A stretch of 64,000 nucleotides of DNA from Gloeobacterales cyanobacterium (lineage in GTDB: Bacteria > Cyanobacteriota > Cyanobacteriia > Gloeobacterales > PMM-0068), in assembly GCA_038245785.1 (NCBI GenBank), contig JBBRSB010000009.1, forward strand, positions 32,001 through 96,000, read 5' to 3'. Under the pieces are notes generated by a model, which did not search any database, had not been told where the DNA came from, and worked only from the letters and a program-made list of their open reading frames with translations. A program made the translations under genes and the position numbers. Below, piece by piece: positions 27,636 through 38,226 of this stretch. Positions within the stretch are counted from its first letter, which is position 1. Each line of letters begins with the position of its first letter.

Positions 27636-29531
27636 ATGATTGAACGCTACAGCAAGCTAATTGTCCGTTGGTGGGGGGAATTTGCCCTCCAAGTGAGGCT
27701 CTTGGCGACTGCAGCCCTGGTCGTCTCTTTAGTTATTAGTGCTTTTACCTTCTGGGTCGTCAACTCGATCCAAGAAGATGCTCGCCAGAGTGACCGACGT
27801 TTTGGGGAAGCAGTAGGCCAGCTTCTGGCTGCTAATGCCGCGCCCCTGGTGGGCCGTGGGGATATGACAGGCCTCGCTCAATTTACCCAGCAATTTCTAG
27901 AGGGCGACTCCAACGTTCTTTACATTCTCTATGCCTATCCTAATGGCACGATCTTCTACGGCAGTCCTTTTAATGACCAGAACGCTCCTTCTGCGCCCCC
28001 CAGCGAAAAACTCTCTCGCAAAATCGCGCTCCCTAAGGTACTGCCCGCCAGCCGGGAACATGCCGCTCCCAACGGTCGTGTAACCGATATTTTTTATGCG
28101 ATTCGCTACCAAAACAAGTTGGTGGGTGTAGTTTCTATTGGGATCAATCCCAATGCCACCTTGGTCGGCTCTTCTAACTTAACGAGAGATGTAACCATCG
28201 CGGTATTCGTAGCGGTCTGGATTTTGGCTATTCTTGGAGCCGTGTTCAATGCGCTAACGATTACGCAGCCGATTAAAGAACTGGTGCAAGGAGTCAAAGG
28301 GATTGCCGCTGGCAATTTCAAACAGCGAATTCTCCTTCCTTTTGGTGGTGAGCTTGGTCAGCTAATCAAAAGCTTTAACCTGATGGCAGAACGGCTACAG
28401 AGCTATGAAGAGCAAAATATAGACAAAATCACAGCCGAAAAAGCCAAACTTGAATCCCTTTTGACCACGATTGCAGATGGAGCGGTGCTCCTAGACCGAG
28501 ATCTCAACATTCTTCTGGCCAACCCAGCCGCGCTACATATTTTTAATTGGCCAGAGGATGTGATGGGTTCTTCCGCGCTACAGCGATTACCAAAGGGCCT
28601 AGCTTCAGATTTAACGGAAGCACTTGCAGAAGTGGGTACTGAGGAAGCGGTCACGACAGACGGATCGATGATTCCGGCTTTAGCAGAGTATCGTGCTACG
28701 CTAGACAACCCGAAACGGACGGTCAGAATTTTACTCTCTGCTGTACTGGGCAAAGACGACGTACAAGGCGCCGTCTTGACGGTTCAGGATATCTCCCGTG
28801 AGGTGGAGTTGAATGAAGCTCAAGGGCGCTTCATTAGCAATGTGTCTCATGAATTGCGTACTCCTTTGTTTAATATCAAGTCCTTTATTGAGACCCTGCA
28901 TGAGTATGGAGATGCTCTAGCAGAAGATCAGAAGCAAGAATTTTTAGAAACAGCTATCCGAGAAACGGACCGCCTGACACGGCTTGTGAATGATGTACTG
29001 GACCTTTCTCGACTAGAATCTGGGCGAGAATATTTATTTGATTGGGTAGATGTTTCTCAACTGATTGAACAAACCCTTCGTACTTATCAGCTGAATGCTA
29101 AAGACAAAGGCATTGAACTCCATCAAGACATTGCTCCCGAGGGAACCATGGTCTGGGCCAATTATGATTTGCTGCTCCAGGTCTTCTCCAATTTGATGGG
29201 CAATGCCCTCAAATTCTCCCCAGATGGAGGCCATGTCACCATCAGGACAGAGCTGATTGAAGATGAAGAGGGCTTTGCCAAAATGCGTATCAGTGTGATT
29301 GATACCGGTATGGGCATTCCCTATGAAGACCAAGCCAAGATCTTTGACCGTTTCTACCGTGTCGAGAACCGGGTCCATACCTTAGAAGGGACAGGCCTAG
29401 GACTTTCCATCGTCTTTAACATCATCAGCAAACACAATGCTCATATCCAACTCGCTTCTGAACCTGGCAAGGGTACTACCTTCTGGTTTGACTTGGTCGC
29501 CTTCGATAGCAAGCGTCCATTGGAGTCGTGA
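27636..29531 (+). CDS. nblS: Sensor histidine kinase NblS/Hik33/DspA
   Basis: WWGEFALQVRLLATA N-terminus, TRDVTIAVF, HAMP, PAS, SNVSHELRTPLFNIKSFIETL, RFYRVENRVHTLEGTGLGL. Confidence 0.93.
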   Translation: MIERYSKLIVRWWGEFALQVRLLATAALVVSLVISAFTFWVVNSIQEDARQSDRRFGEAVGQLLAANAAPLVGRGDMTGLAQFTQQFLEGDSNVLYILYAYPNGTIFYGSPFNDQNAPSAPPSEKLSRKIALPKVLPASREHAAPNGRVTDIFYAIRYQNKLVGVVSIGINPNATLVGSSNLTRDVTIAVFVAVWILAILGAVFNALTITQPIKELVQGVKGIAAGNFKQRILLPFGGELGQLIKSFNLMAERLQSYEEQNIDKITAEKAKLESLLTTIADGAVLLDRDLNILLANPAALHIFNWPEDVMGSSALQRLPKGLASDLTEALAEVGTEEAVTTDGSMIPALAEYRATLDNPKRTVRILLSAVLGKDDVQGAVLTVQDISREVELNEAQGRFISNVSHELRTPLFNIKSFIETLHEYGDALAEDQKQEFLETAIRETDRLTRLVNDVLDLSRLESGREYLFDWVDVSQLIEQTLRTYQLNAKDKGIELHQDIAPEGTMVWANYDLLLQVFSNLMGNALKFSPDGGHVTIRTELIEDEEGFAKMRISVIDTGMGIPYEDQAKIFDRFYRVENRVHTLEGTGLGLSIVFNIISKHNAHIQLASEPGKGTTFWFDLVAFDSKRPLES

Positions 29532-29584
29532 ACAGACAGCGGATGCCGTAGAATCAATCGGTACCTTTGCCCTCGTGAACCCTC

Positions 29585-30205
29585 ATGCAAGCGCGCACTG
29601 TCGCCCGTGAATTGGTCCTTTTAAGTTTGAGCCAGCTTTCCTCGACCCAAAAGCTAGAACAATTGAGTGTAGAGGAGCTGGTCTTGAAAGCGGTGCGTCT
29701 TCTTACCGAGGAAGCCCACGAAGGCCTCAAAAAAGCTGTTGCTGAGCTCAAACAGAGCAGAGAAAAGCTGCTTACCTCCCAAACTACTGCGCGTACGCTG
29801 GAGACCGCTCGCGAGCAACTGGAGCTTTCCCAGAACTTAGCTCAAAATGCAATTAATCAGGTGGGGGCCGCTATAGAATTCCCAGAATTTCTGCGCTTGG
29901 CAGAACAACAGCAAGTTAGACACTACGCCTTTACGCTGCTGAGGCTCTATACGAACCATGCCAAGGAAATAGACCAACTGCTGATCGAGTCGTTGGAAGG
30001 CTGGAATCTAGAACGCCTGGGCCATGTGGAACGAGACCTCCTACGTTTAGCCGTCACCGAACTTCAGTATGTTTCTGAAGTCCCAGATAAAGTAGCTATT
30101 GATGAAGCGATCGAACTCGCCAAGAAATATGGCTCAGAGCAAGCTCCTGGTTTTATCAATGGGGTATTGCGCCGCGTTATGAACCGCCGTGCTCTGCCGG
30201 AGTAG
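29585..30205 (+). CDS. nusB: Transcription antitermination factor NusB
   Basis: RTVARELVLLSLSQ, WNLERL, VAIDEAIELAKKYG, FINGVLRR. Confidence 0.95.
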   Translation: MQARTVARELVLLSLSQLSSTQKLEQLSVEELVLKAVRLLTEEAHEGLKKAVAELKQSREKLLTSQTTARTLETAREQLELSQNLAQNAINQVGAAIEFPEFLRLAEQQQVRHYAFTLLRLYTNHAKEIDQLLIESLEGWNLERLGHVERDLLRLAVTELQYVSEVPDKVAIDEAIELAKKYGSEQAPGFINGVLRRVMNRRALPE

Positions 30206-30284
30206 ATGAATCTCATAGCGTACACGAACCTCCCCGAGAGTCTGCAAGCTAAAATAGTTAAGACAGAGCAAAGGGAAACACACT

Positions 30285-30536
30285 ATGAGCCAATCAATCA
30301 CGCAGGTCAATGCCAAGCTTATAGATTCCCTCGCTCAGATAATCCTGTCGCTCACCCACGAGGAACGGCAGCTTCTTGAACAAAAGATTCATACCCAAGA
30401 ACAAGCCAAAGTTAATTTAGACCAGTTTTTCCAAGAGCTTGACGATGCAGCACCTGATCCAAATCAGCCAACTTTACAAGAGATTAGTGAGCTTGTGAAA
30501 GACGTGCGGAGAGAACTCTGGTCTCATCGCGAATGA
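30285..30536 (+). CDS. Small putative antitoxin upstream of a PIN toxin
   Basis: LIDSLAQIILSLTHEER and PTLQEISELVKDVR; ATGA overlap with the PIN gene. Confidence 0.6.
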   Translation: MSQSITQVNAKLIDSLAQIILSLTHEERQLLEQKIHTQEQAKVNLDQFFQELDDAAPDPNQPTLQEISELVKDVRRELWSHRE

Positions 30537-30945
30537 GGGTTGTTCTAGATATCAATGTTTGGGTCTCCGGGCTTTTATGGGGTGGTGTTCCTGGAAAAGT
30601 ATTGAGGTTGAGCTACGGTCAAAAAATCACCAGCATTGTTTCTAAGGAGCTACTGCTGGAATTAGACAACACACTAAGGCGTGAGAAATTTCAGGAGCGT
30701 CTGCGTCAGCGTAGTTACACCGTCGATGAATTGCTGACTATACAAAAAATTCGTCTAAAGTGGTTACAATCAAACTAATCACAGTTCCTAAATTGCGTGA
30801 CTCTGCAGACATGAAAATTTTGGCAACAGCTGTTGCAGCTCAAGCTGATGTAATTGTGACGAGTGATCATGATTTGTTAGTGCTGTGCTCATTTCAAGGA
30901 GTTGCAATCTTGACACCAGTAGAGTTTTATAATTCTTTAGAATAA
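30533..30945 (+). pseudogene. PIN-domain toxin split by a one-base frameshift near 30740-30750
   Basis: MRVVLDINVWVSGLLWGG N-terminal half and LRDSADMKILATAVAAQADVIVTSDHDLL C-terminal half lie in different frames; A6 run at 30744-30749. Confidence 0.85.
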
Positions 30946-31088
30946 AGATGCAGCATCCCAAAGACTTCCAGATATGAGCTGTTTTGAAAGTACATCCAGA
31001 ATCAGGCTAGAACCAAATTTTACAGGGAGACTGTTTTGAAACTGATCTAGCGTAGAGGTAGGAGATCCGAACCGACGAGGTAAGGACA

Positions 31089-32276
31089 ATGGGTGCGGAC
31101 TTGTTAGTGGTAGGCGGTGGAATCGGTGGGGCTGTTTTGGCAAATTTGCTCGACCGAGGTGGGAAAAAGGTCGTCGTGTTGGAGAAAAGTATCACTCCAC
31201 CGGACTGGGTTCGACCAGAAGTTTTATGGCCAGTGACTGTACAAGTTTTGTTCTCCTTAAGTCCAAGACAAATGTGGGAGAAGGAAGCATTGCTTCCGAT
31301 GGGAGGTGTTAATCTCCATGATGGACGGCGAATTTCCTCCGTCATTACTCCAGAACTGCTGCAAGAGGCTCAAGTCCAGCCTTGGTTCACCAATCCCAAT
31401 CAAACCCGTGAACAGTTGCTGCGTCTCGGTGATTTTGAGTTGCGGCGTGGAGTGGAGGTGATTGCGGTTCTAAAAGAGAAGAACCAGATTGTCGGTGTCC
31501 GAACCCGCGATGTCACTACGGCTGAAGAACGCGAGGTTTTGGCTCATTGTACAGTCGGGGACGATGGTGTCCATTCGGTGGTGAGAAAAGCTTGCGGTAT
31601 CGAAATCAAGACACAGATGTTTCCACTGGATCTTCTTTGTTTCGGATTTGACTGGCCTGCGACACTGCCATCGGCGATCGCCCATGTCTGGCCAAATCTG
31701 AAACGGCTTGATTCAGGAGTCCTTGTCTTAGCCGCCTTCCCTCTCTCTAACGATAAAGGTGCTGGACTGGTTGCTGTGCGACCCCGGATTTTTGACGATC
31801 CTGCTCCGGCGCAGGAAGCGTGGAACCAACTTTGTTTCATAGATCCTGCTATTCAAGATGTCGTTCAGGATCGACAGTTTCCCCATGATTTTGTGCGCAT
31901 TCGTCGTCTGTGGGGCCACGCATCGCATTATGGTGCGGAAGGGGCAATATTAATGGGGGATGCTGCCCACCCAGTCAGTCCAGTTGGGGCGCAAGGGGCA
32001 AACATGTCTGTGGCAGATGCCTGTACGCTGGCTGAGCTGATACTACACAACCATCCCAAGCTGCTCGAACAGTATGAACGGAGAAGGAGAGCCGCTAATG
32101 AGCGTTCCATGCAGTTCACTAAAGCGGCGGCGGTAGTCTTGGGACTACCAGAGTGGTTGTTCCAATTTTTTCCTGCTCCTATGTTCTTATCGCTAGCCCG
32201 ATGGATGGATCGTCATCCAGCGCTGTTACGTCGTGCTCTCCAATCTGCTGCTACTGCTTTTCAGGAGCCAGCTTGA
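31089..32276 (+). CDS. FAD-dependent monooxygenase (UbiH/PHBH-like)
   Basis: VVGGGIGG, VGDDGVHSVVR, LMGDAAHPVSPVGAQGAN. Confidence 0.9.
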   Translation: MGADLLVVGGGIGGAVLANLLDRGGKKVVVLEKSITPPDWVRPEVLWPVTVQVLFSLSPRQMWEKEALLPMGGVNLHDGRRISSVITPELLQEAQVQPWFTNPNQTREQLLRLGDFELRRGVEVIAVLKEKNQIVGVRTRDVTTAEEREVLAHCTVGDDGVHSVVRKACGIEIKTQMFPLDLLCFGFDWPATLPSAIAHVWPNLKRLDSGVLVLAAFPLSNDKGAGLVAVRPRIFDDPAPAQEAWNQLCFIDPAIQDVVQDRQFPHDFVRIRRLWGHASHYGAEGAILMGDAAHPVSPVGAQGANMSVADACTLAELILHNHPKLLEQYERRRRAANERSMQFTKAAAVVLGLPEWLFQFFPAPMFLSLARWMDRHPALLRRALQSAATAFQEPA

Positions 32277-32343
32277 CTTGCTCTGAACATACGACCCATG
32301 CAATGTGTGAATTTTGGAAATAAACTTACTAAAGACATGAGAT

Positions 32344-32365
32344 GAGGTGAGCAAAGACTCACCTC
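32344..32365. terminator. Hairpin between convergent genes
   Basis: GAGGTGAG-CAAAGA-CTCACCTC. Confidence 0.55.
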
Positions 32366-32376
32366 GCTAACGTGCA

Positions 32377-33057
32377 TTAGACCCCGTAAGGGTTTCCTAG
32401 GCGTTCTGCATAAACGTTTGAGGAAAGAGGTAGGCGACCTGGATTCTTCCGAGGCTCTGAAGCGTAGCCCACAGGCACAAGCACCGCAATTCCTATATCT
32501 GGCTCGTTTTCAGCCCCAATCACTGCTTTCACTTTGTCTTCAGCCCAGCCATTCATGAAGCAGGTAGATAGGCCCAAACTTTCTGCAGCAAGAACGAGCT
32601 GAGTCGCAGCAATCATGGCATCCTTGATGGCATACTCCCGCCTTTTTTCTCCCAGTCCAACTTGGAACTGAGGAACGGCGTTTCTAAAATAATTCACGGT
32701 TCCTTCGTTCCAGGCACCCGTCGCCAGTCCTTGCTCTAAAATCGGGGTCAAATCTTTTTCTCCCGCAGCAGCATCTGCAGCAAATACAAAACACACTGGA
32801 GCTTGGAGGATCTGCGGTTGTCCCCAAGCTGCTTCAGCCAAAGCTGCTTTCTGAGTTTCTTCTTGGACCAAAATAATGCGCCATGACTGCACATTAAAAC
32901 TACTGGGAGCGGCTACGGTAAGTTCGACGAGTTGCTGTAACAGTTCTGGAGCAATTGGGTCAGGTTTAAATGACTTAATAGAGCGACGTTGGATGATCGC
33001 TTCCGGAACATCCAGAGGAGCAGATTGCAGGTTGCGGTCTTGTGTAGTACTAATCAT
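32377..33057 (-). CDS. Nitroreductase family protein (DrgA-like)
   Basis: IIQRRSIKSF, APSSFNVQSW, LAAESLGLSTC.M.G, PVGY..RLP. Confidence 0.92.
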   Translation of the reverse strand: MISTTQDRNLQSAPLDVPEAIIQRRSIKSFKPDPIAPELLQQLVELTVAAPSSFNVQSWRIILVQEETQKAALAEAAWGQPQILQAPVCFVFAADAAAGEKDLTPILEQGLATGAWNEGTVNYFRNAVPQFQVGLGEKRREYAIKDAMIAATQLVLAAESLGLSTCFMNGWAEDKVKAVIGAENEPDIGIAVLVPVGYASEPRKNPGRLPLSSNVYAERLGNPYGV

Positions 33058-33357
33058 AAGTTCTCTATTCCCTTTACTCAAAGAGTACTCTGTTCAACAA
33101 GTTCGAAAACATCGAACAAGTAAACTATAGCTTTGTTCTTAACATAGCGCAACTATGGAGTCCATCCTGTTGAAAAAATCACAAAATTGCCTAGAATGCA
33201 ATTTGGAGGTTTGTAGGTTGTTACTGGCGCTGATTCAGAGGACTACCGATATCTCCTCCTAATCCCTTCTGGGAATTGAAGCTTTAAGAGCAGCGGTATA
33301 AAATTGACAAGCTGTGACCCAGACTTAACTAATCCTTTTTAAGGATTGAAGAAACTA

Positions 33358-33606
33358 ATGATTACTAATTACATTGAAGCCGCTATGTCCAAGGCTACCT
33401 ATGAAAAATTTGATGAAGATGGCACCTATTACGGGGAAATACCGGAATTTAGTGGAGTTTATGCTAACGAGCACACTCTAGAAGCCTGCAGACAGGACTT
33501 GCAATCGGCCTTAGAAGATTGGATTGTCTTAGGGCTTCGCTTAGGTCACAGGCTCCCTGTGATCGATGGTATTGACCTTAACTATAAAACCGAAGAAGTC
33601 GCCTGA
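33358..33606 (+). CDS. HicB-family antitoxin
   Basis: YIEAAM..ATYE..DGTYYGEIP...GVYA...TLEACR..L..ALEDWI..LRLGH.LP. Confidence 0.85.
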   Translation: MITNYIEAAMSKATYEKFDEDGTYYGEIPEFSGVYANEHTLEACRQDLQSALEDWIVLGLRLGHRLPVIDGIDLNYKTEEVA

Positions 33607-33653
33607 TGCCAATGTTCGGGCCGATTAAAAGAACAAAAAAGAGGGCTAAGTAG
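33606..33653 (+). pseudogene. Truncated HicA toxin remnant
   Basis: TGATG overlap with the hicB stop; MPMFGPIKR resembles the N-terminus of HicA proteins that follow this HicB type, then runs into the fbaA terminator. Confidence 0.55.
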
Positions 33654-33663
33654 CCCTCTTTTT
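33635..33663. terminator. Bidirectional Rho-independent terminator (fbaA)
   Basis: AAAAAAGAGGGCTA-AG-TAGCCCTCTTTTT. Confidence 0.88.
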
Positions 33664-33680
33664 AAAATACACAAGTCAAC

Positions 33681-34748
33681 TTAGACAGCGACGGGCTTCT
33701 TAGCGGCCATGTCAATATAGACTTTAGCCATCTTCTCCAAAGTGATCTGCTTGATCTTGTCCGCGTGACCAGCAGAGCCAAACTCTTTGTAGCGGTCTTC
33801 GCAAACTTTCTGCATCGCTTTGGTAGAAGGAATCAGGAACTTACGGGGGTCAAATTCCTTGAGGTCTTCTGAGAGGGCCTTGCGAACAGCACCAGTGATA
33901 GCCAAGCGGTTGTCGGTATCGACGTTGATTTTACGAACGCCATTCTTAATCCCTTCTTGGATTTCAGAGACAGGCACGCCCCAGGTCTGAGGCATAGCCC
34001 CACCGTACTGGTTGATGACGTCTTGAAGTTCTTGAGGAACGGAAGAAGAACCGTGCATCACCAAGTGAGTATTGGGGCAACGGCGGTGAATTTCGCGGAT
34101 CCGGTCAATAGCGAGAATCGCGCCATCGGGCTTACGGGTGAACTTGTAAGCACCGTGGGATGTACCGATAGCAATAGCTAAAGCATCAACCCCTGTCTTC
34201 TCAACGAAGTCAGCCGCTTGTTCAGGGTCAGTCAACAGCATGTCATGAGACAGCGTTCCTTCAAAGCCGTGACCGTCTTCTGCTTCACCGGCACCAGTCT
34301 CTAGAGAGCCCAAGCAACCGAGTTCGCCTTCTACCGATACGCCAAGGGCATGGGCTACTTCCACAACTCTGGTGGTGACGTCGACGTTGTACTCATAGCT
34401 TGCAGGAGTCTTAGCATCTGCTTCTAGAGAACCATCCATCATTACAGAGCTAAAGCCTTGCTTCATTGCTGAATAGCAGGTAGCAGGACTGTTGCCGTGG
34501 TCTTGGTGCATGACCAAGGGAATGTCTGGATAGGTTTCCACCGCTGCCAGAATCAGGTGGCGGAGAAAGGCATCGCCCGCATAGTTGCGAGCTCCGCGAG
34601 AAGCCTGGAGGATGACGGGGCTGTTGACTAAGCGAGCCGCCTCCATAATCGCCAGAATCTGTTCTAAGTTGTTAACGTTGAATGCTGGAACGCCATAGCC
34701 GTTTTCAGCGGCATGGTCTAGCACCACTCTAAGGGGTACAAGCGCCAT
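33681..34748 (-). CDS. fbaA: Fructose-bisphosphate aldolase class II
   Basis: [49 protein letters not shown]. Confidence 0.97.
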   Translation of the reverse strand: MALVPLRVVLDHAAENGYGVPAFNVNNLEQILAIMEAARLVNSPVILQASRGARNYAGDAFLRHLILAAVETYPDIPLVMHQDHGNSPATCYSAMKQGFSSVMMDGSLEADAKTPASYEYNVDVTTRVVEVAHALGVSVEGELGCLGSLETGAGEAEDGHGFEGTLSHDMLLTDPEQAADFVEKTGVDALAIAIGTSHGAYKFTRKPDGAILAIDRIREIHRRCPNTHLVMHGSSSVPQELQDVINQYGGAMPQTWGVPVSEIQEGIKNGVRKINVDTDNRLAITGAVRKALSEDLKEFDPRKFLIPSTKAMQKVCEDRYKEFGSAGHADKIKQITLEKMAKVYIDMAAKKPVAV

Positions 34749-34920
34749 TAAGAGACCTCCTAGTCCTATCTGTCCTGAGCTTGGTTTAATCTTAGGCCAT
34801 TTTTAAGCTTTTATAAGTTATCGATATGACGCAGCGGCAAAAGTCTCAGGGGATGTCGTTCGTAAATGCTCCGGATGATGCTCTATGTTAGGTTTGTAGC
34901 CAGCATATGTTTTTAAGAAA

Positions 34921-36399
34921 ATGGCCCTCGTCCTTTACAACACCCTTAGCCGTCGCAAAGAGATCTTTGAGCCTCTGAGTCCCGGACAGATCAAAATGTA
35001 TGTCTGTGGCGTCACGGTCTATGACCTCTCTCACCTAGGGCATGGACGAGCCTATATTGTCTGGGATACGGTGCGCCGCTATTTGGAATGGCGTGGCTAT
35101 GAGGTCACCTATGTCCAAAATTTCACGGATATTGATGACAAAATTATTAGGCGAGCGAAAGAGGAAAACCGCGATTGGCGCGAAGTAGTCGAAACCAATA
35201 TCAAAGCTTACTGGGAAGATATGGAGGCCCTGAATGTTCGAAAGCCTGATATCACTCCACGGGCTACCGAGTACTTGCCGGAAATTAATGCTTTTATTGA
35301 AGGGCTGGTTCACAAAGAGTACGCCTACCCTGCTAACGGGGATGTGTACTACCGGGTCCGCAAGTTTCCTGGTTATGGCAAGCTCTCTGGCAAAAATCTA
35401 GACCAATTAAGGAGCGGAGCCAGTACGCGCGTCGAAGAACAGCAGACAGCCCAAAAAGAAGACCCTTTAGATTTTGCGCTCTGGAAAGATGCCAAGCCTG
35501 GAGAACCAAGTTTTGAATCCCCTTTTGGCTCCGGTCGCCCTGGATGGCACATTGAATGCTCCGCCATGGTCCAAAAGTGCTTAGGCGATACGGTTGATAT
35601 TCATGCAGGGGGCGAAGATCTACAGTTCCCGCACCACGAAAACGAAATTGCTCAATCAGAAGCGATGACGGGTAAGCCTTTAGCTAAGTACTGGATGCAC
35701 AACGGCTTCATCCGCATTAATAGCGAAAAGATGTCTAAGTCTTTGGGCAATTTCACAACGATTCGGGAACTGGTCAAAAACTATGACCCGATGGCGTTAA
35801 GACTGTTTTTTCTCCAGACCCATTATCGAGCACCGATTGATTTTACAGATACGGCTTTAGATGCTGCGGTCAGAGGCTGGGAAACCATTAGAGATGCATT
35901 GCTCTTTGGTGAACAAGAATTCTCTAATGCTATTACCGAAAGCTTCTTAGAATCCCCTCAAAAACGTTTTCAAGAAGCCATGGATAATGACTTCAATACT
36001 TCAGAAGCAATAGCTCTACTGTTTGAATTAGCAAAACCCTTAGTCACCGCCCGAAATAAAAAAATGCACGGGGATACTGTTGAGAATAAAGAAACTCTGA
36101 TGCTGGAATGGCAAACATTGAAGCAATTGTCTGAAGTTTTGGGTCTTACTATTTCGCGTCCGGGTTATCTTTACCTACAGCCTGGGATTACAAGAGCTTC
36201 TGATAGTCTCAAATTTTCTGACAAGCCTGCAGACTCTAGCATCGAAGAACAAATAGTCTTACGAACTAAAGCTAAAGCGGCTAAAGATTTTTCTGAAGCT
36301 GACCGTATTCGCAATGAGTTAAAAGCTCAGGGGATTGTGCTCATTGATAAAAAAGCAGCAGATGGAACTTTAGAAACAATATGGCATCGAGAAGAGTAG
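34921..36399 (+). CDS. cysS: Cysteine--tRNA ligase
   Basis: YVCGVTVYD, HLGH, GRPGWHIECSAM, FPHHENE, KMSKS. Confidence 0.98.
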   Translation: MALVLYNTLSRRKEIFEPLSPGQIKMYVCGVTVYDLSHLGHGRAYIVWDTVRRYLEWRGYEVTYVQNFTDIDDKIIRRAKEENRDWREVVETNIKAYWEDMEALNVRKPDITPRATEYLPEINAFIEGLVHKEYAYPANGDVYYRVRKFPGYGKLSGKNLDQLRSGASTRVEEQQTAQKEDPLDFALWKDAKPGEPSFESPFGSGRPGWHIECSAMVQKCLGDTVDIHAGGEDLQFPHHENEIAQSEAMTGKPLAKYWMHNGFIRINSEKMSKSLGNFTTIRELVKNYDPMALRLFFLQTHYRAPIDFTDTALDAAVRGWETIRDALLFGEQEFSNAITESFLESPQKRFQEAMDNDFNTSEAIALLFELAKPLVTARNKKMHGDTVENKETLMLEWQTLKQLSEVLGLTISRPGYLYLQPGITRASDSLKFSDKPADSSIEEQIVLRTKAKAAKDFSEADRIRNELKAQGIVLIDKKAADGTLETIWHREE

Positions 36400-36421
36400 A
36401 ACTCTTGAGATCCCCCGTTCC

Positions 36422-36499
36422 TCGCCCCCCTGCCCCCCAATTCTGGGGGGTTCTGTGCTCAAAGTCCCCCAGTATTGGGGGATTTAGGGGGCGGTTCAG
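36422..36499. repeat. Small dispersed G/C-run hairpin repeat, copy 1
   Basis: CCCCCAATTCTGGGGG...AAAGTCCCCCAGTATTGGGGGATTTAGGGGGCGGTTCAG; near-identical copy at 47682-47757. Confidence 0.85.
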
Positions 36500-36599
36500 C
36501 TAAAGATTTGAATTAGCCTAAGCATTTCATCTTGATCTCATTTTTTCGCACTAGCATGTGAAAACAAATCAACGAACTCTTACACAGGCATCTAACGTT

Positions 36600-37064
36600 A
36601 TGGCAATCAATCTGCTTGCATTGGGTCATCCTTTGATTGGTCTGGCAACTGTAGCAACTGCAGGAACTGCGGCATTTTATGGTTGGCGTTATCGTCAAGC
36701 AAGATTGGGTAAAGGAGCCGATAGGCCAAGACCTCCCCAGATCCTAGCTATTCAGATACGGCATCAGCAAATTGGCTATGTCTTGATTGGCTTAAGTATT
36801 GTTTCTTTGATAGGAGGTACCATCATTACAGGAATCTTAGAGAAGCAAATCCCCAAGCTAGAAGACATTCTAGATGGCACCCCTCATGAAACCGCTGCTA
36901 GACTGCTGGTAGTCCTTGTCATTGCCAGTGCGGCTGTAATTCTTGGTTTCCGGCGTAAACCCTGGGCACGGCCTGTTCACCTTGCCCTCAATGGCGCAAT
37001 AGTGCTGCTGCTTAGCCTGCAATTGCTTTCAGGACTTGGCATTGTAGGCAAGATACTGCAGTAA
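36600..37064 (+). CDS. DUF4079-like membrane protein with His-containing TM helices
   Basis: HP..G, RHQQIG, PH, ARPVHLALNG..Q..SG pattern. Confidence 0.65.
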   Translation: MAINLLALGHPLIGLATVATAGTAAFYGWRYRQARLGKGADRPRPPQILAIQIRHQQIGYVLIGLSIVSLIGGTIITGILEKQIPKLEDILDGTPHETAARLLVVLVIASAAVILGFRRKPWARPVHLALNGAIVLLLSLQLLSGLGIVGKILQ

Positions 37065-37066
37065 GT

Positions 37067-37279
37067 TCACGACCAGCGATGGTCTATCATCAGTCCTCTG
37101 GATTCCCAGCGTGCCTCTAGAGATTTCTGGAGGGAGAGTGCCTTGCGCAAGGAACGAATAATTTCCTGCACTTGTGCCAAGCTCTCAGGGTCTCGTTTAG
37201 AGACAGCATCGACGGTCACTCTTTCCAATAAAGTGAGCAGCGTTTTGTAGAGGATGTGCGCTGGCGTAGGAACGAACAT
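37067..37279 (-). CDS. DUF5340 family protein
   Basis: PAHILY..LL.LLER..QEII.SLRKALS.QK.LE..HRWS; directly downstream of trpC. Confidence 0.7.
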   Translation of the reverse strand: MFVPTPAHILYKTLLTLLERVTVDAVSKRDPESLAQVQEIIRSLRKALSLQKSLEARWESRGLMIDHRWS

Positions 37280-37283
37280 ACAG

Positions 37284-38177
37284 TTATGAATTCCTGAGGA
37301 GGAGGTTGAGAACGGCTTGTTTGGGGTCTGCTTGGGTGACGAGCGATTCTCCGACAAGGACAGCCCGTACACCCTGTTGAGCAAGGAACACGAGGTCTTC
37401 AGGATGGTGAATCCCTGACTCGGAGACTATGAGAATATCTCTTTTTTGGAGAATTGCCCTCCGTTGATCCAACAGTTCCTTGGTGGTGTGGAGGTCCACG
37501 GTGAAATCTTCCAGGTTACGGTTATTAATACCCAGTAAATCCAGGTCCTCTAACTTTAAAGCTCGGTCTAGTTCCTCTAAGTCATGAACTTCTACGAGGA
37601 CTGCCATACCTAGGTTACGAGCAATTTTATTCAGATGCTTAAGGTCTTGGTCCGAGAGTACCGCCACAATCAGCAAAATGGCGTCAGCTCCATGGCAGCG
37701 AGCTTTATAAATCTGATAGGGGCTGAGGATGAAGTCTTTGCAAAGCGTAGGCCGCGCCACGGCTTCTCGGACACGCGCTAAGTTTTCAAAACTGCCCTGA
37801 AAAAATTTTTGGTCAGTGAGAACTGAAAGTGCATCTGCTCCTCCTTTGTCATAGGCCTGTGCGATTTCCACAGCATCAAAGTCTTCGCGCAAAAGCCCTT
37901 TACTTGGTGAAGCTTTTTTCACTTCAGCAATCAAAGCTACGGGATGAGGACTCTGCGCTAGAGCACCTCTGAAATCTCTGACAGGGGGAGCTAACTGGAG
38001 CTTCTTCTGCAGGCGCTGGAGCGGGAGAGACTCTCGCTCTTGCTGGATTTCTCCATCCTTATGCCAGACGATCTCTTCCAAAATATTCTGGGGCTGGTCT
38101 TCTGGGGGGATGTTGAGATGGAAAGTCAAACGCTCAACGGAAATAGATGAATGGAAAGGGCGACGACGAATCTTCAT
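37284..38177 (-). CDS. trpC: Indole-3-glycerol phosphate synthase
   Basis: [46 protein letters not shown]. Confidence 0.97.
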   Translation of the reverse strand: MKIRRRPFHSSISVERLTFHLNIPPEDQPQNILEEIVWHKDGEIQQERESLPLQRLQKKLQLAPPVRDFRGALAQSPHPVALIAEVKKASPSKGLLREDFDAVEIAQAYDKGGADALSVLTDQKFFQGSFENLARVREAVARPTLCKDFILSPYQIYKARCHGADAILLIVAVLSDQDLKHLNKIARNLGMAVLVEVHDLEELDRALKLEDLDLLGINNRNLEDFTVDLHTTKELLDQRRAILQKRDILIVSESGIHHPEDLVFLAQQGVRAVLVGESLVTQADPKQAVLNLLLRNS

Positions 38178-38226
38178 GGACTAATTATCACCCGCAACCT
38201 AAGTAAACGGACGTACACTACTACAC

